Below are positions 11,781 through 23,833 of a stretch of DNA of 64,000 nt, piece after piece. This DNA is from Actinomycetota bacterium (GTDB taxonomy: Bacteria > Actinomycetota > Actinomycetes > JACCUZ01), in NCBI GenBank assembly GCA_030841035.1, contig JAVEDI010000054.1, positions 5,048 through 69,047 on the forward strand. The letters are read 5' to 3'. The notes beneath the pieces are model-generated. The model did no database searches. It had not been told where the DNA came from and saw nothing but the letters and a program-made list of their open reading frames with translations. Made by a program: the position numbers and the translations under genes. Every line of letters starts with the position of its first letter. The stretch's first letter is position 1.

Positions 11781-13280
11781 GTGAGCCCCGCCCGCCCGGC
11801 CGCCGTGGTCGTCCTCGCTGCCGGCGAGGGCACCCGGATGAAGTCGGCGATCCCCAAGGTGTTGCATGCTGTGGGCGGCCGCAGCCTGGTGCACCATGCC
11901 GTGGCGGCCGCCGCGCAGCTCGCGCCCGAGCACCTCGTCGTCGTGGTCGGGCACGGCCGCGACCAGGTCAAGGCGCACCTCGCCGAGGTGGCTCCGGAGG
12001 CTCGCACCGCCGTGCAGGACCAGCAGCTGGGCACCGGTCACGCCGTGGCCTGTGCCCTGGCCGACCTGCCCGACCTGCACGGCACGGTGGTCGTGACCTA
12101 TGGGGACACCCCGTTGCTCACCGGCGCCACCCTGCTCGAGCTGGTCGCCACCCATGCCGACCGAGGCAACGCGGTCACGGTGCTCACTGGCGAGCTCGAC
12201 GACCCGACGGGCTACGGCCGCATCCTGCGTGACGCGTCGGGAGCCGTCGTCGCGGTCGTCGAGCAGAAGGACGCGTCCGAGGAGCAGCGCGCGATCCGCG
12301 AGGTCAACTCCGGCATCTACGCCTTCGACGCCGCCGTCCTGGCCGAGACACTGGCCCGGCTCACGACCGACAACGCCCAGGGTGAGCTCTACCTCACCGA
12401 CGTCGTGGGCATCGTGAGTGGCAGGGGCGAGCGGGTCGCCGCGTTGCCGGTGACGGACCTCTGGCAGACAGCGGGGGTCAACGACCGGGTGCAGCTCGCC
12501 GCCGTGCACCGCGAGCTCAACCGTCGTACCGTCGAGGCCTGGATGCTCGCCGGGGTCACCGTCGTCGACCCGGCCACGACGTGGGTCGATGCCGACGTGA
12601 CGCTCGAGCCCGACGTCGTCCTCGAGCCCGGCACGCTGCTGCAGGGGCGTACGTCGGTGGGCCGCGGCGCCGTGGTCGGGCCCGACTGCCGGCTGGTCGA
12701 CACCGAGGTGGGCGAGGGCGCCGAGGTCAGCAACACGACGTCGTACGGCGCCGTGATCGGCGCCGGGGCGACCGTGGGGCCCTACACCTACCTGCGACCG
12801 GGCACCCGGCTGGGCCGCAAGGCCAAGGCGGGCGGCTTCACCGAGCTGAAGAACGCCGAGCTGGGTGACGGCGCCAAGGTGCCGCACCTGTCCTACGTGG
12901 GCGACGCGTCGATCGGTGCGGGGACCAACATCGGTGCGGGCACCATCTTCGCCAACTACGACGGCGTCACCAAGCACCACACGGAGGTCGGCGAGCACAG
13001 CTTCGTCGGCAGCAACAGCGTGCTCGTCGCCCCCCTCGAGATCGCCGACGGCGCCTACGTCGCCGCGGGCTCCGCCGTCACCGCACGCGTCGAGCCGGGC
13101 GAGCTCGCCGTGGCGCGCGGCAAGCAGCGCAACATCCGCGGATGGGTCGCACGTCGCCGGGCCGGCAGCCGTACGGCGGCCGCGGCCGAACGGGCCGAAC
13201 ACTCCGGGGCCCACGCCGAGCAGGGCGACCCGACACGGCAGCATCACGAGCACGACCAACGCAAGGGACGGGACGCATGA
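11781..13280 (+). CDS. glmU: Bifunctional UDP-GlcNAc pyrophosphorylase / glucosamine-1-P acetyltransferase
   Basis: LAAGEGTRMKS, GTGHAV, NAQGELYLTD, hexapeptide repeats and HLSYVGDA. Confidence 0.97.
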   Translation: MSPARPAAVVVLAAGEGTRMKSAIPKVLHAVGGRSLVHHAVAAAAQLAPEHLVVVVGHGRDQVKAHLAEVAPEARTAVQDQQLGTGHAVACALADLPDLHGTVVVTYGDTPLLTGATLLELVATHADRGNAVTVLTGELDDPTGYGRILRDASGAVVAVVEQKDASEEQRAIREVNSGIYAFDAAVLAETLARLTTDNAQGELYLTDVVGIVSGRGERVAALPVTDLWQTAGVNDRVQLAAVHRELNRRTVEAWMLAGVTVVDPATTWVDADVTLEPDVVLEPGTLLQGRTSVGRGAVVGPDCRLVDTEVGEGAEVSNTTSYGAVIGAGATVGPYTYLRPGTRLGRKAKAGGFTELKNAELGDGAKVPHLSYVGDASIGAGTNIGAGTIFANYDGVTKHHTEVGEHSFVGSNSVLVAPLEIADGAYVAAGSAVTARVEPGELAVARGKQRNIRGWVARRRAGSRTAAAAERAEHSGAHAEQGDPTRQHHEHDQRKGRDA

Positions 13281-14257
13281 GCTTCATCAAGACCACGGGC
13301 GAGAAGAAGCTCATGCTCTTCTCGGGCCGGGCTCACCCGGACCTCGCGGAGTCGGTCAGCCAGCACCTGGGCATCGAGCTGACCCCGACGACCGCCTACG
13401 ACTTCGCCAACGGCGAGATCTACATCCGCTACAAGGAGTCGGTCCGCGGCTGCGACGCCTTCGTCCTGCAGAGCTGCACGTCGCCGATCAACAAGTGGGT
13501 GATGGAGACGCTCATCATGGTCGATGCGCTCAAGCGCGCGTCCGCCAAGCGGATCACCGTCGTCGTGCCGTTCTTCCCCTACGCGCGCCAGGACAAGAAG
13601 GGTCGCGGTCGCGAGCCGATCTCCGCCCGTCTGCTGGCGGACATGTTCAAGACCGCGGGCGCCGACCGGCTGATGGCCGTCGACCTGCACACCGCGCAGA
13701 TCCAGGGTTTCTTCGACGGGCCGGTCGACCACCTCTACGCGCTGCCGCTGCTCGCGTCCTACGTGCGTCGCCGCGTCGACACGACCCAGGTCGCGATCGT
13801 GTCGCCCGACGCCGGACGACTGCGCCTGGCCGAGCGGTGGTCCGAGACCCTCGGCGGCGCGCCGATCGCCTTCATCCACAAGACCCGTGACCCCGATCGA
13901 CCCAACCAGACCAGGGGCAACCGGGTGGTCGGTGACGTCGCCAACCGCGTCTGCATCCTGCAGGACGACATGATCGACACCGGTGGCACCATCACCAAGG
14001 CAGCCGACGCGCTGTTCGAGGCGGGCGCCGCCGACGTCATCATCGCCTCGACGCACGCCGTGCTGTCCGGGCCTGCGGTCGACCGCCTCAAGAACTCCCG
14101 CGTGAGCGAGGTCGTGGTCACCGACTCGCTGCCGATCGGCGAGGACCAGCGCTTCGACAAGCTGACCGTGCTGCCGATCTCCACGCTGATCGCCCGGGCC
14201 ATCCGCGAGGTCTTCGACGACGGCTCCGTGACCAGCCTCTTCGACGGACACGCCTGA
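13277..14257 (+). CDS. prs: Ribose-phosphate pyrophosphokinase
   Basis: FANGEI, PYARQDKK, DLH, VSPDAG and DDMIDTGGT; ATGA overlap with glmU. Confidence 0.97.
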   Translation: MSFIKTTGEKKLMLFSGRAHPDLAESVSQHLGIELTPTTAYDFANGEIYIRYKESVRGCDAFVLQSCTSPINKWVMETLIMVDALKRASAKRITVVVPFFPYARQDKKGRGREPISARLLADMFKTAGADRLMAVDLHTAQIQGFFDGPVDHLYALPLLASYVRRRVDTTQVAIVSPDAGRLRLAERWSETLGGAPIAFIHKTRDPDRPNQTRGNRVVGDVANRVCILQDDMIDTGGTITKAADALFEAGAADVIIASTHAVLSGPAVDRLKNSRVSEVVVTDSLPIGEDQRFDKLTVLPISTLIARAIREVFDDGSVTSLFDGHA

Positions 14258-14467
14258 GGCCTGCCGCAGGAGGGCCGCCGTACGACCGCGGTTTGGGCCC
14301 GGCGAACGGCGCGGCTAGACTGCTGCGGTTGCCCGGCGAGGGACGCCGTTCAGGCTCCGTCATCGACGCGGTGGTCACGACTCGACATGCTCGTGCCGGC
14401 CTCTGCGCGCCGGCACCGACGACCACCGCAAGCGTTGCACGACGATGAGCTCCGAGGAGTAGGCACT

Positions 14468-15166
14468 GTGTCCGAGGTCCGACTGTCCGCCGAGTCCCGC
14501 ACCGAGTTCGGCAAGGGCGCGGCCCGCCGCATCCGCCGGGCGAACAAGGTCCCTGCCGTGCTGTACGGCCATGGCGCCGACCCCCGGCACATCTCGCTGC
14601 CCGGTCACGAGCTCATGCTCGCCCTCAAGACCCAGAACGCGCTGCTCACCCTCGACATCGACGGCGGCGCGGACGAGCTCGCGTTGCCCAAGGAGGTGCA
14701 GCGGGACCCGATCAAGGGCTTCATCGAGCACGTCGACCTCGTAGTGGTCCGCCGCGGCGAGAAGGTCCACGTCGAGGTCGCCGTTCACCTGGTGGGCGAG
14801 GCGGCTCCCGACACCTTCGTCACGACCGAGCACCAGACGCTGACCGTCGAGGCCGAGGCCACCGCGATCCCTACGGGTGTCGACATCTCCATCCAAGGCC
14901 TCAAGGTGGGCACCCAGATCCACGCCAAGGACGTCAAGCTCCCCGCGGGTGTCACGCTGGTCACCGACGAGGACGCCTTGGTCGTCAACATCAGCGCGGC
15001 GACCACGGCCGAGGAGCTGGAGGCCGAGCTGGCCGAGGCTGAGGCCGAGGTCGGCATCGTGCACGAGCCCACCGAGGCGGAGCTGGCGGCCGAGGCGGAG
15101 GCTGCCGAGGCGACCGAGGGCGCCCCGGCCGAGGGTGGCAGCGAGGGCGAACAGGCCGGCAGCTGA
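14468..15166 (+). CDS. rplY: 50S ribosomal protein L25/Ctc
   Basis: [30 protein letters not shown] and an acidic tail; GAGGAG RBS. Confidence 0.95.
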   Translation: MSEVRLSAESRTEFGKGAARRIRRANKVPAVLYGHGADPRHISLPGHELMLALKTQNALLTLDIDGGADELALPKEVQRDPIKGFIEHVDLVVVRRGEKVHVEVAVHLVGEAAPDTFVTTEHQTLTVEAEATAIPTGVDISIQGLKVGTQIHAKDVKLPAGVTLVTDEDALVVNISAATTAEELEAELAEAEAEVGIVHEPTEAELAAEAEAAEATEGAPAEGGSEGEQAGS

Positions 15167-15198
15167 GGCTGTTCACCCCGCGCCGGCCGGAGACCGAG

Positions 15199-15801
15199 GT
15201 GGCCGGTGTGCCAGGGGCAGCCGACGTCGCGGGACGCGACGTCTGGTTGGTCGTGGGTCTTGGCAATCCCGGGCCCGGCTACGCCGGCAACCGCCACAAC
15301 GTCGGGTTCATGGTCGTCGACCTGCTGGCCCGGCGGATGGGCGGGCGGTTCAAGGCGCACAAGGCCCGCGCGGACGTGCTCGAAGGTCGCCTCGAGGGCC
15401 GGCGTGTGGTCCTGGTGAAGCCGCGGTCCTACATGAACGAGTCCGGCGGGCCGGTCTCCTCGTTGCGCGACTTCTTCAAGGTCGACCTCGACCACCTCGT
15501 CGTCGTCCATGACGAGCTCGACCTGCCGTACGGCGGCCTGCGGCTCAAGCTGGGCGGCGGCGACAACGGTCACAACGGGCTGAAGTCGCTGCGCCGGTCG
15601 CTCGGATCGGGGGAGTTCCAGCGGGCCCGGTTCGGGATCGGACGACCGCCCGGCCGCATGGACGCCGCGGCCTTCGTGCTGCGCGACTTCGGTGCCGCCG
15701 AGCGCAAGGACCTCGAGCTCAACGTCGACCGGACGGCCGACGCCGTCGAGGCGCTGGTCACCGACGGCCTCGAGCGCGCGCAGAACACCTTCAACACCTG
15801 A
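15199..15801 (+). CDS. pth: Peptidyl-tRNA hydrolase
   Basis: [26 protein letters not shown] and GHNGLKS. Confidence 0.96.
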   Translation: MAGVPGAADVAGRDVWLVVGLGNPGPGYAGNRHNVGFMVVDLLARRMGGRFKAHKARADVLEGRLEGRRVVLVKPRSYMNESGGPVSSLRDFFKVDLDHLVVVHDELDLPYGGLRLKLGGGDNGHNGLKSLRRSLGSGEFQRARFGIGRPPGRMDAAAFVLRDFGAAERKDLELNVDRTADAVEALVTDGLERAQNTFNT

Positions 15802-16477
15802 GCGACCGGGGCCGCCGTGAGCGGTCCACCAGGGCCAGGCCGTAGCCCACCGCAGGCCCCACCAGCAGCGCGAACATGACGGTGCCGAGCCCCACCGTCC
15901 CGCCGAGCAGCCAGCCCACGACGAGCACGGACACCTCGATGGACAGCCGGACCGGCGTGACCGGCAGCCCGGTCCGGCGGTGCAGACCCGTCATCAGCCC
16001 GTCGCGCGGCCCAGGCCCCATCGCGGCCGTCAGGTAGAGCGCGCTGCCGAGGCCGATCAGCGCGATGCCGAACAGCACCGAGGCGAACTGGGCCAGCGGC
16101 TCGCGGGGGGTCGCCAGGATCGGCACGGTGACGCCGATCGAGGCCGCGATGACCACCGCGTTGGCGATCGTGCCCAGCCCCGGTCGTTCCCGCAGCGGCA
16201 GCCAGAGCAGCAGCACCACCGCGCTGATGACGAACGTCGCGGCACCGATGCCGATGCCGGAGCGGACGGCGAGGCCCTGGGCGAGCACGGTCCAGGGGCT
16301 CACGCCGATGCCCGCGTCGACGAGCACCGCCTCACCGGTGCCGAAGAGCCACAGGCCCCCCACCAGGACGATCAACGTCACCGGCCCGGCGCGCCAGCGC
16401 GACGGTGCGCGCCACGGCGTGCTCGGCACGGTGCGGGCCGGTGCCAGCCGGCGTGAGAGGGCGCCCAACCGGCGCAC
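15791..16477 (-). CDS. YczE/YitT-like membrane protein
   Basis: [27 protein letters not shown] and GGTVGLGT; multiple TM segments; start at 16477 or 16429. Confidence 0.8.
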   Translation of the reverse strand: MRRLGALSRRLAPARTVPSTPWRAPSRWRAGPVTLIVLVGGLWLFGTGEAVLVDAGIGVSPWTVLAQGLAVRSGIGIGAATFVISAVVLLLWLPLRERPGLGTIANAVVIAASIGVTVPILATPREPLAQFASVLFGIALIGLGSALYLTAAMGPGPRDGLMTGLHRRTGLPVTPVRLSIEVSVLVVGWLLGGTVGLGTVMFALLVGPAVGYGLALVDRSRRPRSLRC

Positions 16478-16485
16478 TGCGCGGA

Positions 16486-19230
16486 TCAACCGGTGTTGCG
16501 CAGGCCCGCGGCCACGCCGTTGACGGTGAGCAGCAAGGCCTGGCGCAGTTCCGGGTCGATGTCGCGCCCGGCCGCCCGTGCCTCGCGCGATCGGCGCAGC
16601 AGGGTGACCTGCAGCGAGCTGATCGGGTCGAGGTAGGCGTCGCGGACCTGCAGCGTCTGGGCCAGCAACGGGTTGTCGCCGACCAGCTGCTGCTGCCCGG
16701 TGGCGGCCAGGACCTCGCGGACGGTGGTCTCGTGCTCCTCGCGCACGATGTCGAAGACGCCGTGCAGCGCGGGGTCGACCAGCGAGTCGACGTAGATCCC
16801 GGCGATGCGCATGTCGGTCTTGGCCAGCGTCATGGCGACGTTGGAGAGAAAGGTCCGGAAGAAGTGCCAGCCGCCGTACATCTCGTCCAGCGTGTCGCCG
16901 AGGCCGGCGGCGCGCACCGCGGCCAGCCCCGACCCGACCCCGAACCAGCCGGGCACGATCTGGCGCGACTGGGTCCAGCCGAAGACCCACGGGATCGCGC
17001 GCAGGCCCTCGAGCCCGGCACCGCTGTCGGGCCGGCGGGACGGTCGCGAGCCGATGTTGAGGTCGGTCAGCAGCTCGACCGGCGTGGACTGCACGAAGTA
17101 GGCGGCCAGGTCGGGGTGCTCGACGAACCGGCGGTACGTCGTGTGGGCCTGCCCGGAGAGCAGGTCCATGACGTCGTCCCAGCGGCGCAGCGCCTCGGGT
17201 CCGGTGCGCGAGGAGCGGTGCAGGACGGTCGCTTCGAGGGTGGCCGCCACGGTGAGCTCGAGGTTCTCCCGGGCCAGTGCTGGCAGCAGGTACTTGTCCG
17301 AGATGACCTCCCCCTGCTCGGTCACCTTGATCTCGCCGTCCAGCGTCCCCCACGGCTGGGCCAGGATCGCGTCATGGCTGGGACCGCCGCCGCGGCCCAC
17401 GGTCCCGCCGCGGCCGTGGAACAGGCGCAGCCGCACCCCGTGGCGCACCGCGACGTCGCGCAGCGCTCGCTGCGCGCGGTGGATCTCCCACTGCGACGTC
17501 GCGATGCCCGCCTCCTTGTTGGAGTCGGAGTAGCCGAGCATGACCTCCTGCACGTCGCCGCGCAGCGCGACGAGGCGGCGGTACGACGGTTCGGCGAGCA
17601 GGTCGTCGAGCACCCGGCCCGCCTCCCGTAGCTCCTGGACCGTCTCGAGCAGGGGTACGAAGCCGACGCGGGCCACGTCGCGCCCGAGGTCGACGAGACC
17701 CGCCTCCCGGGCGAGCAGCACCGCGGCGAGGACGTCGTCGGGGCCGCGGGTCATCGAGATGATGTAGCTCTCGCACACGTCGGGACCGAACCGGTCGAGC
17801 GCCTCACGGATGGTGGTGAACACGCCCAGCGTGCGGGTCCCCGCCTCGTCGAGGTCGGGCGGCGTCGGCGCCAGCGGTCGGCGCCCGGCAAGCTCCCTGC
17901 CCAGCACGGCCAGCCGGTGCCCGCGGGGCAGGTCGGCGTAGCGCCACGACAGCTCCCCGAGCCGGTCGAAGAGCTGGGCCAGCGCGTGGTGGTGCGCGTC
18001 GGCGTGCTCGCGCACGTCGAGCGTCGCGAGGTGCAGCCCGAACGCCGACACGGTGCGGATCAGCCGGTCGAGGCGGCCGCGGGCGGCGAGCTCGCCGCGG
18101 TGGGCCAGCAGCGAGTCCCGCATCAGGGCGAGGTCGGCGAGCAGCTCGGCGGTCCCCAGGTAGTCGTTGCCCGGCCGGTGCGGCCGGCCCGCCGCGATCC
18201 GGGCACGGGTGTTGGCCAGCCGCTGGGTGATGCAGCGACCCTTGAGCCGGTACGGCTCCTCCGCGTTGATGCGCAGCGCGCGCGGGTCCAGCTCGGGCAG
18301 CGCCGCGACGTCCCGGGCGATGCTGTCGAGCAGCTCCTGGCTCGCCCCGACGAGCCGCACCGACGGCGACAGGTCCTCCATCAGCGCCTCGACCAGTGCC
18401 GTCACGTCGCGGATGGCGTGCCCGTGCTGGAGGATGAGCACCTGCATCGTCACCGCTGGCGTGACGTTGGGGTTGCCGTCACGGTCCCCGCCGATCCAGC
18501 TGCCGAAGGACAGCGGCCGCGCGTCGGCCGGGAGGGGTACGTCGAGGGTGGCGAGCTCGTCGGTGAGCTCGTCGAGGACGTCACCGACCGGTCCCAGCAT
18601 CAGCTCGTCGAGGTAGTACGCCGCGCCGCGCGCCTCGTCGACCGGTTCGGGGCGGTCCTGGCGCAGCTCGTCGGTCTGCCACAGCAGGTCGATGATCTCG
18701 GCGAGGCGCCGGTCGGTCCGCGGGTCGTCACCGCTCGGGTCGAGCTCGAGCAGGTCCGCGACCCGGCGCCGCTTGGACAGGATCGAGCGGCGCGCGGCCT
18801 CGGTCGGGTGGGCGGTGAAGACCGGCCGGACCGCGACCCGGGCGACGAGGTCGTGCAGCTCGTCCGGGTCGATCGCGGCCGCGCGGATACGCTCGACCGC
18901 GCGGGTGAGCCAGCCGCCCTTCAGCACCCGCTCGCGGCGCATCGCACGCGACCGGTGCACCTGCTCGGTGACGTTGGCCAGGTGGAAGTAGGTGCCGAAC
19001 GCCCGCACCAGGCGGGCCGCCGTCTCGAGGTCGACCGAGGCGAGCAGCTCGGTCAACGCGGCCGCGTCCGACCGGCTCAGGGCGCGCACCTGCTCGACCA
19101 GGTCGAGCAGCTCCTGGCCCTCCTGGCGCACGAGCGACTCGCCCAACAGGTTGCCCAGCCTTCGGATGTCGGCGCGCAACGCGGCCGGCTCGTCCAGCTC
19201 GGGCACCGGTGGCGGCAGCGGCGTGCTCAC
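16486..19230 (-). CDS. ppc: Phosphoenolpyruvate carboxylase
   Basis: [47 protein letters not shown] and C-terminal RNTG. Confidence 0.97.
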   Translation of the reverse strand: MSTPLPPPVPELDEPAALRADIRRLGNLLGESLVRQEGQELLDLVEQVRALSRSDAAALTELLASVDLETAARLVRAFGTYFHLANVTEQVHRSRAMRRERVLKGGWLTRAVERIRAAAIDPDELHDLVARVAVRPVFTAHPTEAARRSILSKRRRVADLLELDPSGDDPRTDRRLAEIIDLLWQTDELRQDRPEPVDEARGAAYYLDELMLGPVGDVLDELTDELATLDVPLPADARPLSFGSWIGGDRDGNPNVTPAVTMQVLILQHGHAIRDVTALVEALMEDLSPSVRLVGASQELLDSIARDVAALPELDPRALRINAEEPYRLKGRCITQRLANTRARIAAGRPHRPGNDYLGTAELLADLALMRDSLLAHRGELAARGRLDRLIRTVSAFGLHLATLDVREHADAHHHALAQLFDRLGELSWRYADLPRGHRLAVLGRELAGRRPLAPTPPDLDEAGTRTLGVFTTIREALDRFGPDVCESYIISMTRGPDDVLAAVLLAREAGLVDLGRDVARVGFVPLLETVQELREAGRVLDDLLAEPSYRRLVALRGDVQEVMLGYSDSNKEAGIATSQWEIHRAQRALRDVAVRHGVRLRLFHGRGGTVGRGGGPSHDAILAQPWGTLDGEIKVTEQGEVISDKYLLPALARENLELTVAATLEATVLHRSSRTGPEALRRWDDVMDLLSGQAHTTYRRFVEHPDLAAYFVQSTPVELLTDLNIGSRPSRRPDSGAGLEGLRAIPWVFGWTQSRQIVPGWFGVGSGLAAVRAAGLGDTLDEMYGGWHFFRTFLSNVAMTLAKTDMRIAGIYVDSLVDPALHGVFDIVREEHETTVREVLAATGQQQLVGDNPLLAQTLQVRDAYLDPISSLQVTLLRRSREARAAGRDIDPELRQALLLTVNGVAAGLRNTG

Positions 19231-19458
19231 GCGGATCTCCTCGCTGGCGGGGGCGGCGGTTACGACGATAGGCGTTGCGCCACCATCCGAGACGCGCGGA
19301 TTCGCGATCCGAGACGTCGTTGCCGCGGCCAGGAGCGCCCGGTGGGCCGCCGCGCCGCACCGGCCGTCGGGCGCCCGACGTAGGCTGGGAAGGTCCCGGC
19401 CGCCCCTGATCCACCGCGGCCGGGCAGCCGTGTTGTCCCCATCCGCACCGGAGCCCTC

Positions 19459-22400
19459 GTGAGCCTGACCGGCATCCTCGACGCCCTGCTGGACTCGAGC
19501 AGTCCCGAGGGCGGCGATCCCGCGATCACCGCGGCGGTCGAGGCTGCCCGGACGGGCGTCCAGTACGACCTCGAGCTGACCGCCCCCGGCGGCGTGCGGC
19601 CGTTCGTGCTCGCCGCGGTGGCCGGCCGGGGCGGTCGTCCCGTCCTCGCGGTCACGGCCACCGAGCGGGAGGCCGACAGCCTGGTCACCTCGCTGCGCGA
19701 CGTGCTGCCCGACGACGCGGTCGCCGGTTTCCCGGCCTGGGAGACGTTGCCCCACGAGCGGCTGAGTCCGCGCAGCGACACGGTCGGGCGCCGCCTCGCG
19801 GTGCTCCGGAGGCTGGCGCACCCCGAGGACGAGCCGCGTCGCGCCGGGCTGCAGGTCGTCGTCGCGCCGGTCCGCAGCCTTCTGCAGCCGATGGTGGCCG
19901 GTCTCGGACACCTCGAGCCGGTGGCGGTGTCGGCCGGTGACGAGGTGGACCTCGACGACCTGGTCGCGCGGCTCGCCGGTGCGGCGTACAGCCGGGTCGA
20001 CCTCGTGGAGAAGCGCGGCGACTTCGCCGTCCGCGGCGGCATCCTTGACATCTTCCCGCCCACCGAGGAGCACCCGCTGCGCCTCGAGCTGTGGGGCGAC
20101 TCGGTCGAGGAGATCCGCTACTTCAAGGTGGCCGACCAGCGCAGCCTCGAGATCGCCCCGCAGGGGCTGTGGGCGCCGCCCTGCCGCGAGCTGCTGCTGA
20201 CCGACCAGGTCCGCGAGCGCGCCGCCGAGCTGGCAACGGCCTACCCCGGGCTGGGGGACGTCTTCGACAAGCTCGCGCAGGGCATCGCGGTCGAGGGGAT
20301 GGAGTCGCTCGCGCCGGTGCTGGTCGAGGACATGGTGCTGCTGCTGGAGCAGATGCCCGCGGGCACCCACGTGGTCGTCAGCGACCCCGAACGGGTGCGC
20401 ACCAGGGCGCACGACCTGTTCGCCACGAGCAAGGAGTTCCTCGAGGCGTCATGGGCCAACGCCGCGGCCGGTGCCGCGACCCCCATCGACCTCGGCGCCG
20501 CCGCCTACCGCAGCCTCGCCGACCTGCGCGGCCTCGCGGCGCGCTCGGGGACCCCGTGGTGGGCCCTCACGCCGTTCGGGTCGGACCCGGCCGAGATCGA
20601 CGGCACCGAGCACGTCGACGGTCACCTCGACGACACGTCGGCGGTCGACGCGCGCGCCATCGACGGCTACCGCGGCGACACGGCCCGGGCCGTGGCCGAC
20701 ATCAAGGGCTGGATGGGCGACGGCTGGCGCGTGGTGCTGGTGACCGAGGGCCACGGGCCGGCCGAGCGGATGGTCGAGGTGCTCCGAGGAGAGGACGTCG
20801 CCGCGCGGCTGGACCCGACGGTCGACACGGTCCCCGACCCCTCTGTCGTGCACGTGACGTGCGGCGGGCTGGAGCGTGGCTTCATCAGCGACCGCCTGCG
20901 CCTCGCGGTGCTGACCGAGACCGACCTGCTCGGCCAGCCGGGCCCCTCCACCAGGGGCGAGCGGCGCATGCCGAGCCGGCGGCGCAACACCGTCGACCCG
21001 CTGCAGCTCAGGACCGGTGACTACGTCGTGCACGAGCAGCACGGCGTGGGCCGCTACGTCGAGATGGCTCAGCGCACCGTCCAGGGCGCGACGCGGGAGT
21101 ACCTGCTCATCGAGTACGCGCCGTCCAGGCGCGGGCACCCGGGCGACCGGCTGTTCGTGCCAACCGACCAGCTCGACCAGGTGACGCGCTACGTCGGTGG
21201 GGAGCAGCCCTCGCTGCACCGGCTCGGCGGCGCCGACTGGCAGAAGGCCAAGGGCCGGGCCCGCAAGGCGGTCAAGGAGATCGCCGCGGAGCTCATCCGG
21301 CTCTACGCCGCCCGCACCTCGGCGCCGGGGTTCGCGTTCGGGCCCGACACGCCCTGGCAGCGCGAGCTCGAGGACGCCTTCCCCTACACGGAGACGCCCG
21401 ACCAGCTCGGCGCCGTCGAGGAGGTCAAGCACGACATGGAGCAGACGGTCCCGATGGACCGGCTGATCTGCGGCGACGTCGGCTACGGCAAGACGGAGAT
21501 CGCCGTGCGGGCCGCGTTCAAGGCGGTGCAGGACGGCAAGCAGGTCGCGGTCCTCGTCCCGACCACCCTGTTGGTCAACCAGCACCTGTCGACCTTCACC
21601 GAGCGCTACGCCAGCTTCCCGGTGACCGTGGGCGCGCTCTCGCGCTTCCAGAGCAACAAGGAGGCCGAGGAGGTCAAGGCGCGCCTGGCCGAGGGCAGCC
21701 TGGACGTCGTGATCGGCACCCACCGCATCCTGTCCAACGAGGTGCGCTTCAAGGACCTCGGGCTGGTCATCGTCGACGAGGAGCAACGCTTCGGCGTCGA
21801 GCACAAGGAGCAGCTCAAACACCTGCGCACCAACGTCGACGTGCTGACCATGTCGGCCACGCCCATCCCGCGGACCTTGGAGATGGCGGTGACCGGCATC
21901 CGCGAGATGTCGACCATCCTCACGCCACCCGAGGAGCGCCACCCGGTCCTGACCTTCGTCGGCGGCTACGACGAGAAGCAGATCGGGGCCGCGATCCGGC
22001 GCGAGCTGCTGCGCGACGGTCAGATCTTCTACATCCACAACCGGGTCGAGTCGATCGAGCGGGCGGCCGCCCGCCTGCGCGACATCGTGCCGGAGGCGCG
22101 CATCGCGATCGCGCACGGCCAGATGAACGAGCGCCCGCTCGAGCAGGTCGTGCTCGACTTCTGGGAGAAGCGCTACGACGTCCTGGTGTGCACCACCATC
22201 GTCGAGAGCGGCCTGGACATCTCCAACGCCAACACGCTGATCGTCGAGCGGGCCGACGTCATGGGACTCAGCCAGCTGCACCAGCTGCGCGGCCGGGTCG
22301 GTCGCGGGCGGGAGCGGGCCTACTCCTACTTCCTGTACCCGCCGGAGAAGCCGCTGACCGAGACCGCCCACGACCGGCTGGCCACCATCGCCGCGCACAG

Positions 22401-23052
22401 CGACCTCGGTGCCGGCATGTACGTCGCCATGAAGGACCTCGAGATCCGTGGCGCGGGCAACCTGCTCGGTGGCGAGCAGTCCGGACACATCGCCGCCGTC
22501 GGTTTCGACCTCTACGTGCGGCTGGTCGGCGAGGCCGTGGCCGACTTCAAGGGCGAGGCGGTGCAGGAGCTCGGCGACATGAAGGTCGAGCTGCCGGTCG
22601 ACGCGCACCTGCCCCACGACTACATCCCCGGCGAGCGCCTGCGTCTGGAGGCCTACCGCAAGCTGGCGTCGGTGGCCACCGAGGAGGACCTGGCCGCGGT
22701 GGTCGCTGAGCTCGACGACCGCTACGGGCAGCTGCCCGAGCCGGTCACGAACCTGGTCGAGGTGGCCCGGTTCCGGCTGCTCGCCCGTTCCGCAGGGCTG
22801 ACCGACGTGGCCAGCGCCGGCAAGCACGTCCGGCTCGGGCCGGTGGACCTGCGCGAGAGCCAGCAGATGCGCCTTCAGCGCCTCTACCCGGGCTCGCTGG
22901 TCAAGCAGGCGGTCCGTACCATCCTGGTGCCGACCCCCTCGACTGCCCGGGTCGGCGGCCAGCCGCTGCGCGACGTACCGCTGCTGCAGTGGGCGCGCGA
23001 GCTGATCGAGACCGTCCTGCTCGACGCGCCGGCCGCCCCGGCGGCAGGCTGA
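19459..23052 (+). CDS. mfd: Transcription-repair coupling factor
   Basis: UvrB-like N-terminus, CarD-like domain, [25 protein letters not shown] and TRCF domain. Confidence 0.98.
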   Translation: MSLTGILDALLDSSSPEGGDPAITAAVEAARTGVQYDLELTAPGGVRPFVLAAVAGRGGRPVLAVTATEREADSLVTSLRDVLPDDAVAGFPAWETLPHERLSPRSDTVGRRLAVLRRLAHPEDEPRRAGLQVVVAPVRSLLQPMVAGLGHLEPVAVSAGDEVDLDDLVARLAGAAYSRVDLVEKRGDFAVRGGILDIFPPTEEHPLRLELWGDSVEEIRYFKVADQRSLEIAPQGLWAPPCRELLLTDQVRERAAELATAYPGLGDVFDKLAQGIAVEGMESLAPVLVEDMVLLLEQMPAGTHVVVSDPERVRTRAHDLFATSKEFLEASWANAAAGAATPIDLGAAAYRSLADLRGLAARSGTPWWALTPFGSDPAEIDGTEHVDGHLDDTSAVDARAIDGYRGDTARAVADIKGWMGDGWRVVLVTEGHGPAERMVEVLRGEDVAARLDPTVDTVPDPSVVHVTCGGLERGFISDRLRLAVLTETDLLGQPGPSTRGERRMPSRRRNTVDPLQLRTGDYVVHEQHGVGRYVEMAQRTVQGATREYLLIEYAPSRRGHPGDRLFVPTDQLDQVTRYVGGEQPSLHRLGGADWQKAKGRARKAVKEIAAELIRLYAARTSAPGFAFGPDTPWQRELEDAFPYTETPDQLGAVEEVKHDMEQTVPMDRLICGDVGYGKTEIAVRAAFKAVQDGKQVAVLVPTTLLVNQHLSTFTERYASFPVTVGALSRFQSNKEAEEVKARLAEGSLDVVIGTHRILSNEVRFKDLGLVIVDEEQRFGVEHKEQLKHLRTNVDVLTMSATPIPRTLEMAVTGIREMSTILTPPEERHPVLTFVGGYDEKQIGAAIRRELLRDGQIFYIHNRVESIERAAARLRDIVPEARIAIAHGQMNERPLEQVVLDFWEKRYDVLVCTTIVESGLDISNANTLIVERADVMGLSQLHQLRGRVGRGRERAYSYFLYPPEKPLTETAHDRLATIAAHSDLGAGMYVAMKDLEIRGAGNLLGGEQSGHIAAVGFDLYVRLVGEAVADFKGEAVQELGDMKVELPVDAHLPHDYIPGERLRLEAYRKLASVATEEDLAAVVAELDDRYGQLPEPVTNLVEVARFRLLARSAGLTDVASAGKHVRLGPVDLRESQQMRLQRLYPGSLVKQAVRTILVPTPSTARVGGQPLRDVPLLQWARELIETVLLDAPAAPAAG

Positions 23053-23080
23053 GGCACAGCGCCCACATGCACCACCCGAC

Positions 23081-23125
23081 CCGCACCACCGCCGACCTCC
23101 GCACCACCGCCGACCTCCGCACCAC
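23081..23125 (+). repeat. 18-bp tandem repeat, about 2.5 copies
   Basis: CCGCACCACCGCCGACCT at 23081 and 23099, partial copy at 23117. Confidence 0.85.
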
Positions 23126-23154
23126 GCGACAGAGAACCGATGAGAAGGACCGTG

Positions 23155-23793
23155 ATGAACACCTCGAGCCGCCTGCGCCGCACGCTGGTCTCGGTCGTCG
23201 TCGCCCTGCTGGCCACGGGCACGCTCGCCGCCTGCAACGCCGACCAGCTGGGCGCCGCCGCGATCGTCGACGGCCGCACTATCACGACTGCACAGCTGCA
23301 GTCGGCGACGCGCTCCTACCTCGCCACCGTGCGCACGGCCGACAGCAGCAAGGTCCAGCTGCGCATCCTCGAGCGGATGGTCCTCTCTCGGGTCATCGAC
23401 ACGGCGGCCCGCAACGAGGGCGTCGGCGTCCGGGCCGGCACGGTCGCGCGCGAGCGCGACCGGGTGCTCAAGAGCGTCGGAGGCAGCCGCAAGGACCTCG
23501 TGCGTGCCCTCGCGCAGCAGCAGACACCTACGGTGCTGCCGCCCTCGCAGGTCGACCGCTGGGTGCGCGATCGGCTGCTCTACAACAAGATCGTGGCGAA
23601 GCTGGCCGGCGGCGGCGACCCGGCGTCCGCGGAGTCGGCCGCCAGGGCCACCAACGAACTGGTCAAGGCCAGCCGCTCGATGAAGATCACGATCAACCCC
23701 CGCTACGGCCGCTGGGACCCCGCCCGCGGCATCGAGTCGCAGATCAGTGGCGGGCTGTCCAAGACCGCCGCGCAGCTGACCAGTCAGAAGTGA
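23155..23793 (+). CDS. SurA N-terminal domain-like lipoprotein
   Basis: Lipobox LAAC, GAAAIVDG and INPRYGRWD; conserved position between mfd and mazG. Confidence 0.8.
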   Translation: MNTSSRLRRTLVSVVVALLATGTLAACNADQLGAAAIVDGRTITTAQLQSATRSYLATVRTADSSKVQLRILERMVLSRVIDTAARNEGVGVRAGTVARERDRVLKSVGGSRKDLVRALAQQQTPTVLPPSQVDRWVRDRLLYNKIVAKLAGGGDPASAESAARATNELVKASRSMKITINPRYGRWDPARGIESQISGGLSKTAAQLTSQK

Positions 23794-23833
23794 CCCGCCG
23801 GCCCGTCGTCCGCGGGACCGGGACCGGGAGGCA

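Noticed and set aside
15010..15166. Glu/Ala repeats at the end of rplY as a separate repeat element
   Set aside because: This is the usual low-complexity acidic tail of Ctc/L25 proteins.
16486..20412. N-terminally extended 1308-aa PEP carboxylase
   Set aside because: The extension is antisense to mfd; a GTG with a GAGGAG RBS at 19230 gives a normal-length Ppc.
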